NCBI RefSeq assembly: GCF_018977255.1 | Contig: NW_024704743.1 | Location: forward strand, 62,126,001 to 62,190,000 | Length of the DNA stretch: 64,000 nucleotides | Source: Callorhinchus milii | Taxonomy: Eukaryota | Reading direction: 5' to 3' | Shown: in pieces, positions 26,949 through 40,925 of the stretch | How positions within the stretch are numbered: the stretch's first letter is position 1 | Layout of the letters: each line of letters opens with the position of its first letter | The notes under the pieces: model-generated | Told to the model about the DNA's origin: nothing | Database searches by the model: none | The model's input: the letters and a program-made list of their open reading frames with translations, nothing else | Made by a program: the position numbers and the translations under genes

Positions 26949-26989
26949 GCATATTCAATTCAAATGCAAATTCTTTGAATTGAATATGC
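26949..26989. other. Perfect 16-bp inverted repeat with a 9-nt loop
   Basis: GCATATTCAATTCAAA-tgcaaattc-TTTGAATTGAATATGC. Confidence 0.9.
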
Positions 26990-27555
26990 CAGCCAAGGAT
27001 AAACATAATATTAGAGATCAGTGCTGCAGGGAGAGTTCCGAGGAGAGCAGGCAGGAAGCCTTAAGTTGCTTTGAGCTGTCATCTCCAGGGCAAAGCTGTT
27101 GATTGAAATATTTAAAAAATGTGAAGATATGAATGTATGATTATTCTGATTTATTGATTGCTATCTCCTTGTGATCTTCTCTTGGATAAAAAATGAAAAG
27201 TTTGTTTATAATGTCAGGAAAGTTTACTTCATGATATGAGATTACATATCCACTTCCTGATTTAGTGCTGTTTCTGTATCCACTAAAAATAGCTTTCTGA
27301 TGATCTCTGATATACTGTAGTTCTAAGGTTGATCTGTAATTCATTTTAAATCAAATTTCAAGTTATCTCAAACAAATAGATTGAGTATTTTTATATGTAA
27401 AAGAGATAGAATGTCCTCAAAGGAAAGTGTTTTAAAAATAAGTTAAGAAGAAATTATACTTTACTGAAGTAAACTTTTTGTGCTTATTTTGATTTTGTTT
27501 TACACAATTGCTGTTGAAACCATGTGTGCTGATTATGATCATGAGGAGAGGAAAA

Positions 27556-27800
27556 CTGGCTTGGAGGAGTTGTTGAAACCACTTGTGTCGGAGCAATGGC
27601 TTGCAAAACTGCTGAGCCCAGTTATGTGGGGAGAGCTGACTTGCAATAATTACTGAACCCAGTTGTATAGCAAAGCTGGTTTGCGCTACTTACACTACAC
27701 ATTTGTGTAGCAAACCTGGTTTCAGTACAGTATTTATTGAATCAATTTGTATAGCAGAGCTGGCTTGCACTGGGTACTGAACGCAGTCGTGTGGGGAGGG
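27556..27800. repeat. Degenerate ~40-bp tandem array, ~6 copies
   Basis: Units approximate CTGGCTTGCA..TACTGAACCCAGTTGT[AG]T[AG]G..AG. Confidence 0.8.
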
Positions 27801-27984
27801 AAATTAAAACACGTCTATGATATAACAGCGCCCTGAAGTAATGACTGTCGGTATTCATTTCTATGTAAATGTTTGTGTGCTTTCAATGGAAAATTGCTTT
27901 CAAGCCATTTAGTTTTACCTCAACACTGTTGCTCCTAATTCATATTTAACAAATTAATTGTAGATATTAAACCAGTATTTAGTA

Positions 27985-28328
27985 TCTCCCTTCACTCTCT
28001 GGCACCTCCCTACCTCTCCGACCCCCTCACTCCCCAATCCACCATGCAGAGCCTCCGCTCGACTGGCACCAGCCTCCTGCTCTTCCCTCGCACCCTCTGT
28101 CCCACCATCGGATGTTGCGCTTTCAGCCACTACACCCCAAAACTCTGGAACACTCTCCCTCAATCCCTCCACCTTACTCCCTCTCTCCTCCTTTTCAAGT
28201 CCCACCTGAAAACCTTCCTCTTCGCTCATGCTAATGGCCACCTCCCCCTGGCTCGGAGTCAGGCTCCGTTAAGAGCTCTGAGACGCTGCCCTGCCTGGAG
28301 GGTGCTAAATAAGTGCAAGTTGTTGTTA
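27985..28328 (+). mobile_element. L2 LINE 3' fragment
   Basis: AFSHYTPKLWNTLP..FKSHLKTFLF; tail AAATAAGTGCAAGTTGTTGTT. Confidence 0.88.
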
Positions 28329-28929
28329 ATAATTATTTTGCATTGCAATCTCAAAAAAATGAAGATGTTATTTTCCTTTAAGCACAAATATCCTTGTTAT
28401 GCTTAGATATAATCTATCTTGTATCTTCTTCTTCAAATGAGAGGATTGCAATTTATGGAACTATGTTCATATGTTGAATGGAAATCAAGCTGAAATGAAA
28501 GATGCCCAAGGAGATCATTGCTTCACTACAAAGCATGTGAATTTGAACTCTGAAGCCAATTTATAATTTCAACCCAATTGCCCCAGTTGGAGCCTTCCTG
28601 AACCCAGTTTGTGTCAATTCCAAAAGAGACTGAAGCTAATGATATCTGACATTTTCTTGCCTCTCCCTCCCCCAGACCCAAGTTAATTCTCCCTTTGGGC
28701 AAATATAGACAAGCCCTGATAGCAGGAAGTAAAGCCTGAAGTACCTATTGTTTTTTGTGTTGATAATAGATAAGTCACAAATGATCTTAGTAGAGGTCTA
28801 GGGCTAGAACCTTTCAGGAAAAATAGCACCTGGAAGCTAAAACCTTTACTTTGTATTTAAGTGTTCATACATGTATCTATCTATCATCTATCATTGTTTT
28901 GAATCTTTAGAAAGAGTTGTTCCTTTACG

Positions 28930-28990
28930 CATACACATACATGCACACAGACACAGACACACACATCCATGCACACACAGACACACACAC
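28930..28990. repeat. Imperfect (CA)n microsatellite
   Basis: Directly visible. Confidence 0.85.
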
Positions 28991-30164
28991 TTTCTAGTTT
29001 GTGAATTCCCGTTATTATTTCAACATCCAAATGTCTTCACAGATTAGCTACTTGCCTCTGCGACCAACTCTGATGGATGGATGTGAAAAACAACAACTTG
29101 CATTTATGTGGTGCTCAGGGTAGCATCCTGGAGTGCTTAACAGTGGCGGAGTCTGACCCTGAGCCAGGGGGAGAGGGAGGAGGGAAATGAACGTAAGAAC
29201 GATCAAAAATGAAGGTCCTTAGGCGGGATTTGAAATGATCTCTCTTGGCATAATTGACTTTTTGGGCATCAGTTCATATGGACTCACATGAGGTGACTGC
29301 AGAAACTTGTGCGTAGCTATGTAATGGCACACAGGAGGCACTACCAACCAATTTTACTTGTGGGGATTGCAAGGTCCACAGATGGTATAGGGCATCTTTT
29401 CAGCATGCCCACAGAACTGAGTGAGAAAAGAACAATGGGTTTCTGACAGGTTGATAAACTTTTCCTCATGATTATAGGTAACCATAATCTACAAAGCAGG
29501 AATCCTCGGGGCTGTTGTGCCAGGCAAATGGAATATCGGACTCAAGTCCATCCACTGCGGCAGTCTTAGTAATCCACATCCTGAGCCAGATGGGTCTGCT
29601 GCATTCCAAGGTACTACTGATGATAGACTAGCCAGCCAGCCTGGTCAACAGGACTTGGAGGGGCAAACCAGTCACAGGGGGCAATGATTGTTTCAGCTCT
29701 ACAACCCAAAACTCTTAACAGATAGTGTGGTCCCATCTGGAAAATCACCGAGAATCTTGCCAGATAGTGTTTGCAATGATGGGTTGCTTACATTTAGCTG
29801 GTTAAATTTCAGCAGGAACCCAATACACACCCTGGGATCCCCAAATCCTGTCTTCTGCTAACTCACCCATTTACTTTCTGGGATTAGGTAAGTGAGGTGT
29901 ATCTCCCTGGTATAAAGTGTGTATTCTATTCCTGACAAAGGGAAATTTCCGTGCATATGTGGAACTCTGAGTCTGGTTTAGGTACAGTAAAGCATAGACG
30001 TGGATTTCTGCTTGTTGGACAAGCGGAAGAGCTAAAAAAAATTATGGAGAAAGATAGGATAATGGAATTAAAGAGAGTTGCTATCAATTGAATGAAAGAG
30101 GAAACACGATGGATGAAATGGCCTGCTCCTGTTCCTTAAACCTACTATTTGTTTTAGCAGTTGG

Positions 30165-30445
30165 TGAGTCAGTGACTACAAAGCACCAATGTAACATAGC
30201 CTGCAAATGGGGAGATTATAAGAAATGTTTTCATACATAGAGTTGTTAAATACCCTGCCAGGAATGGTGGTTGAGGCAAAATCCATCTTTGTTTTCAAAA
30301 GGGATCTAGATAGATACCTAAAAAGGAGTAAAGAGCAACAGGGTTATGTGGAAAAGGCAGGGAAATGGAACCGAAAGAGCCAGCCCAGACACATTATGCT
30401 AAATGGCCTTCTTCTGGGCTGTAAATTTCTCTGCTTCTATGGTTT
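30165..30445 (+). mobile_element. Degenerate CR1 3' fragment
   Basis: NTLPGMVVEAKSIFVFKRDLDRYLK. Confidence 0.8.
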
Positions 30446-31123
30446 TTCGCATTTCTTGGATTACATTGTTGTTTCCTCCTGTAATTATTCATAAAAAGTG
30501 CTCCGTGCATTCCTATCTAGGAATTTTAAAGTCGCACCAAGCATTGCTTAGTTGTTGAAGTACAGTGTTTCCTCATCTACTTTGTGATTTTTATAGTAGA
30601 ATTATGTCTTTAATAATGTTTTTATTTAGCTTGGATAACAACTTTGTCCCAGAACTCCATTCAACTGTGGAGCTAAATGGCGTTACTTTATCCTAGGACA
30701 TTTTTATCCTCCTCCACAACTCATTCTTCTTTACCTGTACTGGTGATCCAGATTATACTTTGCAGCGAGTTACATTTCTCTCAAAGTAGAAGATCTAAAT
30801 ATATGTCATCTTGTAGGGTAACAGTGAGCAAACATCTATACCAATCACACAGTGTAATTTTTATTTTTTTTCCAGCTTCTCACATCAGGGTCAACACTTT
30901 ATTGAACGTACTTTTGAGACTAGGTTAAATATGAGTATCTGTGCATAAAACATATTCTCATTTAATGCGAGATGGTGGTTTCAAGGCTTACTCAACCATC
31001 TTAATGATGTTTGCTGTTTCCATGGTTTCTGTCTGCTTTCAGAATTAATGGAAGATTGCATTGTGTTATCTGATTTTTGCTAACATTTTCCTCCCTTGAC
31101 TCTGAAGGTTTTGTAGGGAAAAA

Positions 31124-31419
31124 AATAAAATAATCCTTGCATTTGATACAGCGCTTTTCATGTCTTCTAAGCGCTTCACAGAATATACTGAAAAATGAAT
31201 TGACTGTATATTTGTGGGTGAAATGCGACAGCCAACTGCGCACAGCAGTGTCCCACAAACAGTTGTGGATTGAAGCGACCAATTTTATTATTTTTTTATT
31301 TCTTGAGGGATTATTATCAGAGTAAAGAAACTTGCCCAAGGTTTCGCCCTGCTGGGAAACAAACCCAGGTCTCTCGCTTGTGAGGCAAGTGCTCTAACCA
31401 CTGAACTACAGGACTCCAC
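31124..31419 (-). mobile_element. tRNA-Ala-derived SINE, slightly older full-length copy
   Basis: Same head, body and tail, with more substitutions and a deletion in the tail hairpin. Confidence 0.88.
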
Positions 31420-33395
31420 TTAATATAAATACAACAATTAAGAGAAATTAACAGAAATACAACAATATTGCTGTAATTGTAAATATGAGAGCATACAGCA
31501 AAATAGTACTTATGATGAAATAGTTTCAGCAATGCACACAATATTAACCTGTGGTTAATAATACTATTAATAATCCTTTTTGATGGGATTATTACCCACA
31601 GAAAGCGATCTGCCATTCGACTAAGAACCAGGTTCCTACTTACTGCTACAGTATGTTACTCTATGCACTTCGTACCATGATACAAATACATTTCCAGAAG
31701 AGGAGCGATACAGTAAATTCCAGATAACCCAACCCTGGCTTAACTAGTCACTACCACTTAAGTAGCCATGCTGTCAATATCCCGTCCGTTTCACATGCAA
31801 AATGTTATTTGTCATTCCACTTAACACATAAGTAGTTACATTCTAGAAATTCTTGTAAGTATTGCAATGTAAAATCGATTGGATAACTTATCCTATAAGA
31901 CGGTGTCCTACGTTATAGAGGCCTCCCATTCTATCCTGTGGCTTTACTATATTCTAAATAATAATAATAATCCATGTCAGGAAGAAGATTCCAAAGCGCT
32001 TCACAGGATATACTGTAAAATAATAATAATAATCCTTGCATTTGATAAAGCGCTTTTCAGGTCTTCTAGATGTCTCAAAGCGCTTCACAGAATATACTGT
32101 AAAGTGAATTGACTGTATATTTGTGGGCGAAAATGTAGTGACTGTGTAAATTGTAGGCAAAAGCAGCAGCCAATTTGCACAAATTAAGGGGTATAGCTAA
32201 AAGCCGGGGAATTGGGTTTAGAAGGTCTGCTAAAATCTAATAAATTGTTGGAACAGGCTTGATGCATTCAATGCCCCCTTCTGTTACTGTTTTCTTGTAT
32301 CTTTAAAGAACATTTGTCAAATGTCTAAACCTGAAATATTTGATTAACGCAGAATATTTCCTCCACCTGTAAATGAGTTCAAGGAAATAGAAAAAGTGAA
32401 ATTAATTAGATTTGCATAAATCCGACTGCTAAAATATGGTGAATAGTTCAGTACTGGAGGTTAAAAATAGCAACTCAAATTGTTGAACGAATATATACTT
32501 ATCCTGGTATGATAGAGAAATATAACATTTTCTCCACCCCTTTCCTTTCTTGTAACCTAGGCTTTTGTTACATACAATGATGGGTATATTTCAATTGACT
32601 AGGATGAATAACTCTGAGTAATCTCTTCTGTGTAGTTTGTTCTTAGGGAAGATTGGATCTCATCAATAACAGGATACACATAATAAAGTTATATAATAAA
32701 GTTTTTTTTTACACATGAGAACCTATCTTTTCCATTGATTTTTTAAATTTAGTATAAAGATCAAGAACCTTAATTGAAGGTCTTATGATTTGTGATATTC
32801 AAAACATAGGTTGTACATTATACACCACCACAGGGTTTTCTGACTGAAATTTTATATTCAGAGAACTGCTCGCAACTAAACATATTTAATTTAAAAGTTG
32901 CAGAAACTAAACTAAATATTTAAAGCTTGTGTGTGGGCAAACATTGTTGGAAATGCAAATCATATTTCCATAAAAATGAAACTGAACATATAGGTAATGT
33001 GTGCAGAACAGATATCTCAATGTCTAACATTTTAAGTGTTAATCTTTAGACATTGACTCATCTAACTTCCTTTCATTTTCCCTCCGCCTCCTTTTCCTCC
33101 TTGATCTTTCTACCAGTTTTGACAAAGTTGACTAATCTCTCCTCCTCTATGGTCGCTGCTCCCTCATCCACCTCCGTGAGACTGGACTCTCCTGGTTCCA
33201 TTCCTACCTGACCCACTGCCGCCACTTTATCTCCACTAATGATTTCTCCTCTGACCCTCACATATCAAGATCTGGCTGAGCCACAATTATTTGTAACTTA
33301 ATATAGACAGGACAGAAGCTACAAGAGTGCTACACAAATGCAAGTTGGTGTTGATAATTCACGTATAACCCCAAATTTTATGTGGGCAATTTTAC

Positions 33396-33527
33396 TTGTG
33401 GAAACAAATATTCTGTAATATTGGCATCTAACATCTGAAATTTTTCTTCAGACAACTTTCTCAAAAGTGTTATACAGAATTTTGGAAAATTTTTGAATTC
33501 GGTTTCAAATGACAGTTTTCCACAGAT
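33396..33527 (-). CDS. Candidate internal exon (ICGKLSFETEFKNFPKFCITLLRKLSEEKFQMLDANITEYLFPQ)
   Basis: tatctttcaaAG acceptor, 44 open codons, GTAAAA donor; phase 0 matches the upstream exon across a 118-nt intron. Confidence 0.42.
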
Positions 33528-33645
33528 CTTTGAAAGATATACATAATAATAAATGTGCAGAAAATGGTTTTAAAGCTAAGAAGACTGAGCATCTCAGACT
33601 TTTTATGTTTAATGTCAACATATACATTTAGCAAAGCAGCCATAC

Positions 33646-33718
33646 CATGAAAATAATCATTGATCTCCACTTGACTTGAGGGAAGAATGTATCTCTATAT
33701 TTGATACCTATATTTTCC
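33646..33718 (-). CDS. Candidate internal exon (ENIGIKYRDTFFPQVKWRSMIIFM)
   Basis: ATG|GTATGG donor; phase 2 to 0 links 34435-34506 with 33396-33527; the acceptor is weak. Confidence 0.35.
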
Positions 33719-34434
33719 CTTTAGTTATAAATATCATAGAAAATTAGGCCATTGAGACCCATTCTTAGTCCTGAGAATCCATTCTGAGCTGAACTCTCTG
33801 GTGTGGTGAGGAGTATATCCCAATCCATGCCCTAAAACAATTATGAAATATCCATCATTTCCTCACTGCTACCAATGAAGTGATTAAGCTATTTATTTGC
33901 ATCAACAACAATGACAAATTGCATTTATATAGAGCTTCTTGTGTCAGGAAGACATCCCAACACGCTGGACAGTCAAGGGTTTGCACCTGAGCTGGGGGTT
34001 AGATTTGAGGGCAACCAAACAAAGCAGTGTTACAAAGCTCCTACCTTGAGAATGTTGTGGGATTGCAAATATCTAACAACAAGAACTGATTACATTAGCT
34101 CTGAATTCTGGCAGTCAAATTCAAGCATGGACTCAAACCTATGACCATCTGGTTACCAGACAAGCAATCTACTGCCTGTGAATCCAAAATAACTTTGATT
34201 AATAAATCTAAAGTTTCTCAAGGACCAATTTTATTTCTAATCTAACTAATAGCATTATAATTATACCTAGGAATCATCTTGTTAACACAGCAATTAAGAT
34301 ACTAAGCTCATATCTCAGCAGGCCCAGAAATGACCGCTGCAAAGATGTATCAATCATGTGTATGATGGAATTAAAATAAACAAGATCTTAGGTGACTGAT
34401 TTCATCATAAAACTCCAGGGCTTTAGTTTCATAC

Positions 34435-34506
34435 TCTGCATTTGATGTTACTATTAAAATACACCATCTGCTGACATTTTCAAACACAGTTAAGCCTTCG
34501 CCCTTT
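34435..34506 (-). CDS. Candidate internal exon (KGEGLTVFENVSRWCILIVTSNA)
   Basis: attttattttatatAG acceptor, GTATGA donor, only one frame open, phase 2-2. Confidence 0.38.
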
Positions 34507-34604
34507 CTATATAAAATAAAATATTGGCAATCCACAGCCAATCGCTCTGCATGTAAAATGTTAGTATAATATTTCACGATAGAGCCTCCATCTGAAGTGG
34601 ACAT

Positions 34605-34973
34605 TGATCAGGAAGAGGAACCCTAACTGGGTATTTTTCTTATCTCATCCAGGGTACTCAACAGTAATTGTAATGGCTTCCACTCCCCCTGAAATTAGCC
34701 AATTTAGCACAGCCCAGTGATTGAAGCTGGCACTTTTCCTACTCAAACCACTGATTCATAGATTCATAGATTCATAGAATGTTACTGTACAGAAGGAGGC
34801 CAATCGGCCCATCGTGTCTGTGCCGGCTCTTTGATAGTGCAAGTCACTTTCACTAACCCCAATCACCAACTTTCTCCCCATAACCCTGCAAACCAGTCTT
34901 CCCCAGATACCTATCCAGCTCTCTCTTAAAAAAAATCACATGGTGCATTTAGCTACTGAGCCATGAGGGAACC
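34605..34973 (-). mobile_element. Old tRNA-derived SINE of a third family, split by a CR1 3' end (34755-34930)
   Basis: A box TGGCTCAGTAG at ~34955-34965; body CTGTGCTAAATTGGCTAATTTCAG; inserted CR1 tail with (GATTCATA)n. Confidence 0.65.
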
Positions 34974-37199
34974 ATGAGTGTATAGGTCACATCTAAGCAA
35001 CTATTGAAGTACAGGACTTTAAACCAGAACGGTGCTTATGAATAATGTGTAAAAGAGCAGAGGTTTCCTCATAATTATTTGAGCTGTCTTCTCTTTTAGT
35101 GCATTAAACAATTGTGGTTTGGGCTGTCATATGTACATTTAAGTCTACAGTTTTGTAGCAATAATGGCATACAATTAACACCAAACCTTGACCTCAATAA
35201 ATAACACAGAAGAGTTATTCTTGGCAACAATACAAAAAATCATAATAGGAGTTATTCCACCTGGGTCCAGGTTTACTTTATTTTCTTAGCATTTCAGAAT
35301 GTCCAGAATCTGGAAAATTGTTAGATTCAATCTTAACTTCAATATCATTTACAGAAAACAAGCTTTGGGATTAGGATTAAGAATTTGGCAAATTTAAAGG
35401 TCAATGACTCTGAGGGCTCGAATCTTTAACAGTGGGATCAGGAAAGAGATCTGCAATCTGTTACTATGAAATATGAAGAAGCACAAACACAGGTACAAGC
35501 ACATCCTGAAGGTAGTTCGCAAATGGTTCATTGAAGTGGAAAAGGCCAGACAACAACAACAACAACAACTTGCATTTATATAGCGTTTGTCATACAGGGT
35601 AGCATCTCAGAGCACTTAACAAAGACAAAGCACAAGTCAAGGACAAAGGGCCATTCAGTCACCAATGCAGCAAAGGAAGAAGATCTGAGCAGCTAAAAGA
35701 GCTCATATCCCGAGAAAGGAACGGGTCAAATGGTTCGGACGAGATAGAAGATATAACCAACACTCCCACTTGTTGGAGTTTTGTATGGGAGTTTTTTCCC
35801 CAAAAGATCAGTTTACAATATGACTGCAATCTGTACTGTTAGCAAAAAGTTCTGTAAATATTTGTGCAATCTAACATTAGGGAATAAGTCATCAAAGTAA
35901 TCTCTTTCAACAGATGTTACTGATTTATACTCGACAGCCACTCATCATCCATCCTTCGGCTGAGACATTAAACCAAAGTCCCATCCGTTTTGGTGTATGG
36001 CACTATTTGAAAAGAAAAGGGATTTTCTCCCAATGCTCTACAATGGACATTGCTATATGCAAATCGGCTGTCATATTCACCTACACAATACACAGTCACT
36101 ACATTTTAGAGTACATTCTCTGAAGTGCTTTGATACGTCCTCCTACTGCGGAAGATACTATATCAAATGCAAGGATTATTATTGTTATGATTTTCTTGTC
36201 TCTTGGATGAAGCCCAAACATCTGCAGTTAAGGTTCAATTGGTAAGATTCACATTGTGCCGGGCAATACAATGATTGCCCTGGAGATACATCATACAGGG
36301 CCTATCATCCAATATGGTGACTGGATTAGAATGTAGTCAGTTTTTAGTCACTAGGTCACTGGATGCAGCAACACAGGAGCAACGTTGCAAAATGTTCTGA
36401 CAATCATTGTATCTGATATAGATTCAACTCTTCAACAACTTTAACAGTGGTTGAAGCATGATCCATAATAGGGGAAATTTAAGGGGAAATTAAACACATA
36501 TGTGGAGAAGAAAAATATAAAAGGATACAAATATAAAAATATACGAGGAACAAAGTGCAGGGGAGTGAGAGCAATTACAATAGGTGGGTCTTTCAGAGAG
36601 TCAGCAGAGGACCAGTGGGCTGAATTTCCTCCTTCAGCAAAGTAAACGTCTATAAAAGAAGTGCTTGAAAATCTTAGTGAAAGATTGTAACCTTCAATAC
36701 AGGAAGGGTTGCAGAAGCAAAGGCTGTAAATCAGTCTGCTCTCAGCCTGAGCAATGACAGCAATCAATACATATGAGAATTACAGTGCAGTCAGCAACAT
36801 GGTAGTCAATGTTGATACTCAAACCATCTGTGAAGTCTGAATCTGAACGTTGTTTCATTGTAGGATTTAGATGGGTGGACAAATGGGTGGCAGCTACAGT
36901 TTGTTGTTGTGAAATGTAACTTAGTAAGTACAATTTAAGAAAGAGAAAAATTTAAGTATACCCAAAATGGTAGAGTTGATAATGATCCTGAATTACATAG
37001 GATTACATAGAATGATATGGCATGGAAACAGAACATTTGCTCAAGCACTCTGTACCAGTGTTTGTACTCCACAAGCATCTCCTGTTTCCCTGTTGAATAA
37101 CAAGAACAACATCTTGTGCATTTATGCACTCACTCCCCATGCACTGAAGAGAGAACAGAAAGATTGAGGGATGCAGATACTAGGACCAGGTAGAAAAAG

Positions 37200-37685
37200 C
37201 ACAAAAAGGGCACCGAGGATTTGGGGTATTACACATTTGGGCGGTTAATACAAAGCAGTCAAGTTAAATTTATAAAAGGCATCAGTTAGGCCAAAGTTGG
37301 TTTATTGTATACAACAATGGGAACTGCATTACAGAAAGTACATTGGAGCCTTAGAATGGGAACAGTTTATGTTTTCAGGGTATAAGTATAATAAACAATG
37401 AAAGATTATTCTTTATGGTTGGTTATTTACTAACTAAGAGACATAAGATCAGAATTGTCGCTGGAAGAATTAAGGCAAAGGATTTTATAATATGCCCTAC
37501 ATAGCTACTGAGGCTGATACCATAATAATATTTAAAGGGAAATCTGATAAGTATCTGAAAAGGAACATTATAAACATGATAGGGAAGGCAGCAGGGATTG
37601 GATTAGAATGGTAGAGTTGGCACCAGCATCATCTCAATGGTCTAAAAGGCCATCTGCATTATAATTTCTAGCATTGTATTCTATC
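37200..37685 (+). mobile_element. Highly degenerate CR1 fragment
   Basis: LYKR..VRPKLVYCIQQW..HYRK..LE remnant and CR1-type 3' UTR. Confidence 0.65.
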
Positions 37686-40579
37686 ACACTATGTTGTATA
37701 TCAAATGATTCAAGCACCTATAAATCCTTACTTAAATCAACCAAACATCCCTTCTATATTGCTGCTTGTGACTGTACCAGTATCTAGCTGGTATTTGAAG
37801 GTGCAGTACTGAAAACACAGCCAGGAATCTGGGAACGCCTTAACACTGCAGAACCTTTGCTGCCAGGCCAAAATATCTCTCAGGACTCCCGGCAAAACAA
37901 ATGAATCTGCCAGCATTCTGGAACAGCGCATCAATCACTCGATGAATATAGATGGACACAGTACTCTGTACTAATGCCAGCAAAACCAACCCAGAACATG
38001 AAAAAGACCCGTAGCAAGAAGATTTATGGCTGCTGTCAGTGTAACAGCCACAATGTGAACACTTGAAGTCACTCAGGGCCGTCCAAATCTCTGCTGTTAT
38101 TCGGCATGGCTCAATTATGATCACTCTTCTCAGCCTCAACCTCTTCATCCCTGTGCCTCGGACACAAGCAGGTATGAATTTTCAGGATGTGTGTCCCTGT
38201 CCTCTCTCCCAGGAGTAGTCTGGGTTCTGATTGTTTTTTTCCTCTGTTGGGATATTGACTTATTCTGTGCCATAAAAGTTTTTGTGCTATTCATATTGTC
38301 AACACTCCAGTGGTGGTACCATATCCTGGTTAAAAGGAACTTATTAAACAACTGTTTTTTAGCCTTAGAAAGAAGTTGTAAATAATGAGATACATGTTTA
38401 GTTCCCTGTTCTCTTTCATTGAATTATTACTCCACTGCACAGACAGTAAATTAAACACGTGTAAAATACAATTTACTGTTAATATAACAGATACTCTTTT
38501 ATAGCTTTTGTTATTCAATTGTCAGAGTAAAAAAACTACACAATTATAGATTGCAAGATTTATAAATAATTGCAATGTTCCTAAATATACAGCAGATGGA
38601 GCTCATATCTGTTGACGCCTAAGAATCATTGGATTTCATAAAAGAGTGAACATATTTATAATTTTACACTGTCTAGACTCTGAGCTGACAGCTTTCAAAC
38701 AGGCTACAGCTCCCTATTGGATTTACATTGTTTCAGAAAGCTCTCAGAAGTAGCTTCAAACTAATTTGCACACAGAACACTTGTTTATAATAAACACGCC
38801 ACTGATTTGACCAACAACGTTGTGTATACACAACAAACTTCAAACATATGGAAATTATCAATTTACTACGTGAGGAAGGGTCTTGAGATATAGAGAAGGA
38901 ATAATGTGTCACTCGAGTTTTCTTTTAATCTTAACATTAATCAGCAGTTTAATAAAAGAACTGAGATGTAGCACAATTACTGTGTCACCTATGGCTATGT
39001 CACATTTTTAAAGAAAATAAAGCCTGCATTATTTGAAATAATAGGGGTTTTAATAGCCAGCTACATGCAGCAATACTACATTCCTTGTAGAGTTGCCATC
39101 CTAATGTAATGGGAATAAAGAGCCCTAGTCAAGGCCAAAACAGTACAGTGGAGAGAGAGAGTGAAATGAGATAGAGCTGGTGGCACAACTTCATTCCTCT
39201 GACTGTTGTTGTCTTTTTCACTCAGTCATAATTGAAATTTCCTTCTTTCTTTTCATGACTATTGTCCATTTCCACCAATACTCTTTGCTGGTTGTTACAC
39301 TTAGCGACAATAAATTGGTAATATGTTGTGTACTTTTGGCATGTCTGTTTTGGGTATGTGTATGTATAGACAAAATGTATGTGTAGGCAAGAATTATGTA
39401 CTAGTGACATAACATGTTGATCTTCCTTGGGGGAGATAAGCAGAATCTCATTGGAGCTGAACTAGTTTCAAGGTGACATGTTTGGCAACAGAATGTCAGA
39501 ATTGAGCCAACCTTCTGTGCTAGTCTTGATAGACCAGCTCCTGAACCAGGCAGGTCCGCAGTACTCTAGGTGATGACCGTACAGCTAGCCTGGCTTATTG
39601 GCAGGACTTAGAGGGGCAGTTGCTGTCTAACAAGTGTCTGACACATACAGAAACCCGTTACAGTCTTCCTTGTCATGATTAGTCCTGATCTTTACAACTG
39701 TGAGACTCAGATTCTATGAAAATTGAACTCATCCGCAGGGTCCAAATTTTTCTTTCTGTGATTTGTAAGAGAGCAATTTTTATTCTGAGTTTGAATGTTC
39801 TTTCTTTTGTAATGTAATACAAATAATAAAAAATATGTTTGTGTTAAGTACCTGGCTATATGAAGATGAGGTGAAAAGCATCCTCAGAAAGTTTGACAGA
39901 CTCAAATCCCACACACAAGCACACAAAGATTGCTGGTGCTTGAATGATACATTATGAATATTAATAACCACATCTATTGCACTGGAAGTCTTGCAGCTTT
40001 TTAGATTGTATGTACACAGAGAGGTTAATTGTTAAGTGCCGGATGGAGACACATAAAATTGCTGTTTGGAATTAGTGCTAGTGATTTAAAACGTGCTTTT
40101 GATAATCCCAAGAGTGGGAATATGCAAAGTTGCTCAATGTCTGTCTGGTAGGATTCTGTAGAATGTGTTCTCTCTCTGGGGATGCCTATTCAGCCTTATG
40201 AGCAATTGTTTTTTAAATCACATCAAACAAAATGTTCAGAGCCTCACTAATGCACCATTGAGATCTTAATTTAAGACCTGGAAACATGGCTTCCAAATTA
40301 AGACTGAATTCAATAATTTTCTGAAGTTGTTCACAATATGACATTTTAAGATAATAATCTTATAGTTAAAATCATGAGAAATATCAGTGTCTCAAAGTTT
40401 ACCAGTAGTTGCAGTATTGTTTAGTTGTACAATTACAGAGGTAATGCAAACATATATTGTCAATAAAGAGAAAACAAAATGCTTATGTAGCACCATCCAA
40501 AAAGGCAAATGTCTCAAAATGCCATCTACAAAGTGCCATGGAATGGGAGCTGGCCAGGAGATATCGGGGCAGAGATCAG

Positions 40580-40925
40580 TTGACTGAGTTGCTTGGTTCC
40601 ATCCTGCTAACATGTAGGTTCAAGTCCCGAGTTGGGATGTGGAACTCATACTGAGCAGGGGTGTGCTGCATTGTTAGAGGTACGGTCCTTTGCATGAGAC
40701 GTCTGCCTGTTAAAGATCCCATGGTACTATTTGAAAAGAGAACAGGGTTTCGTCTGGTGTCCTGGCCAACACTTCCCAAATAAAATTGGTCATTCACTTC
40801 AATGCTGTTTGCGGGACATTGCTTTGTGCAAAATATACTCCGTTTTACAATATATTCTGTGAAGCACTTTGAGACATTCTGCTAATGTGAAAGGCACTAT
40901 ATCATATGTAAGGATTATTTTGTTA
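40580..40925 (+). mobile_element. Old Deu-domain SINE
   Basis: B box GGTTCAAGTCC, Deu core, tail ATCATATGTAAGGATTATT. Confidence 0.78.

Noticed and set aside
27556..27800. CRISPR-like periodicity here and at 26159-26392
   Set aside because: No identical repeats with unique spacers, no cas genes, vertebrate context
37737..38351. Cluster of overlapping ORFs as an exon
   Set aside because: No frame stays open between plausible splice sites on either strand; no recognisable motif
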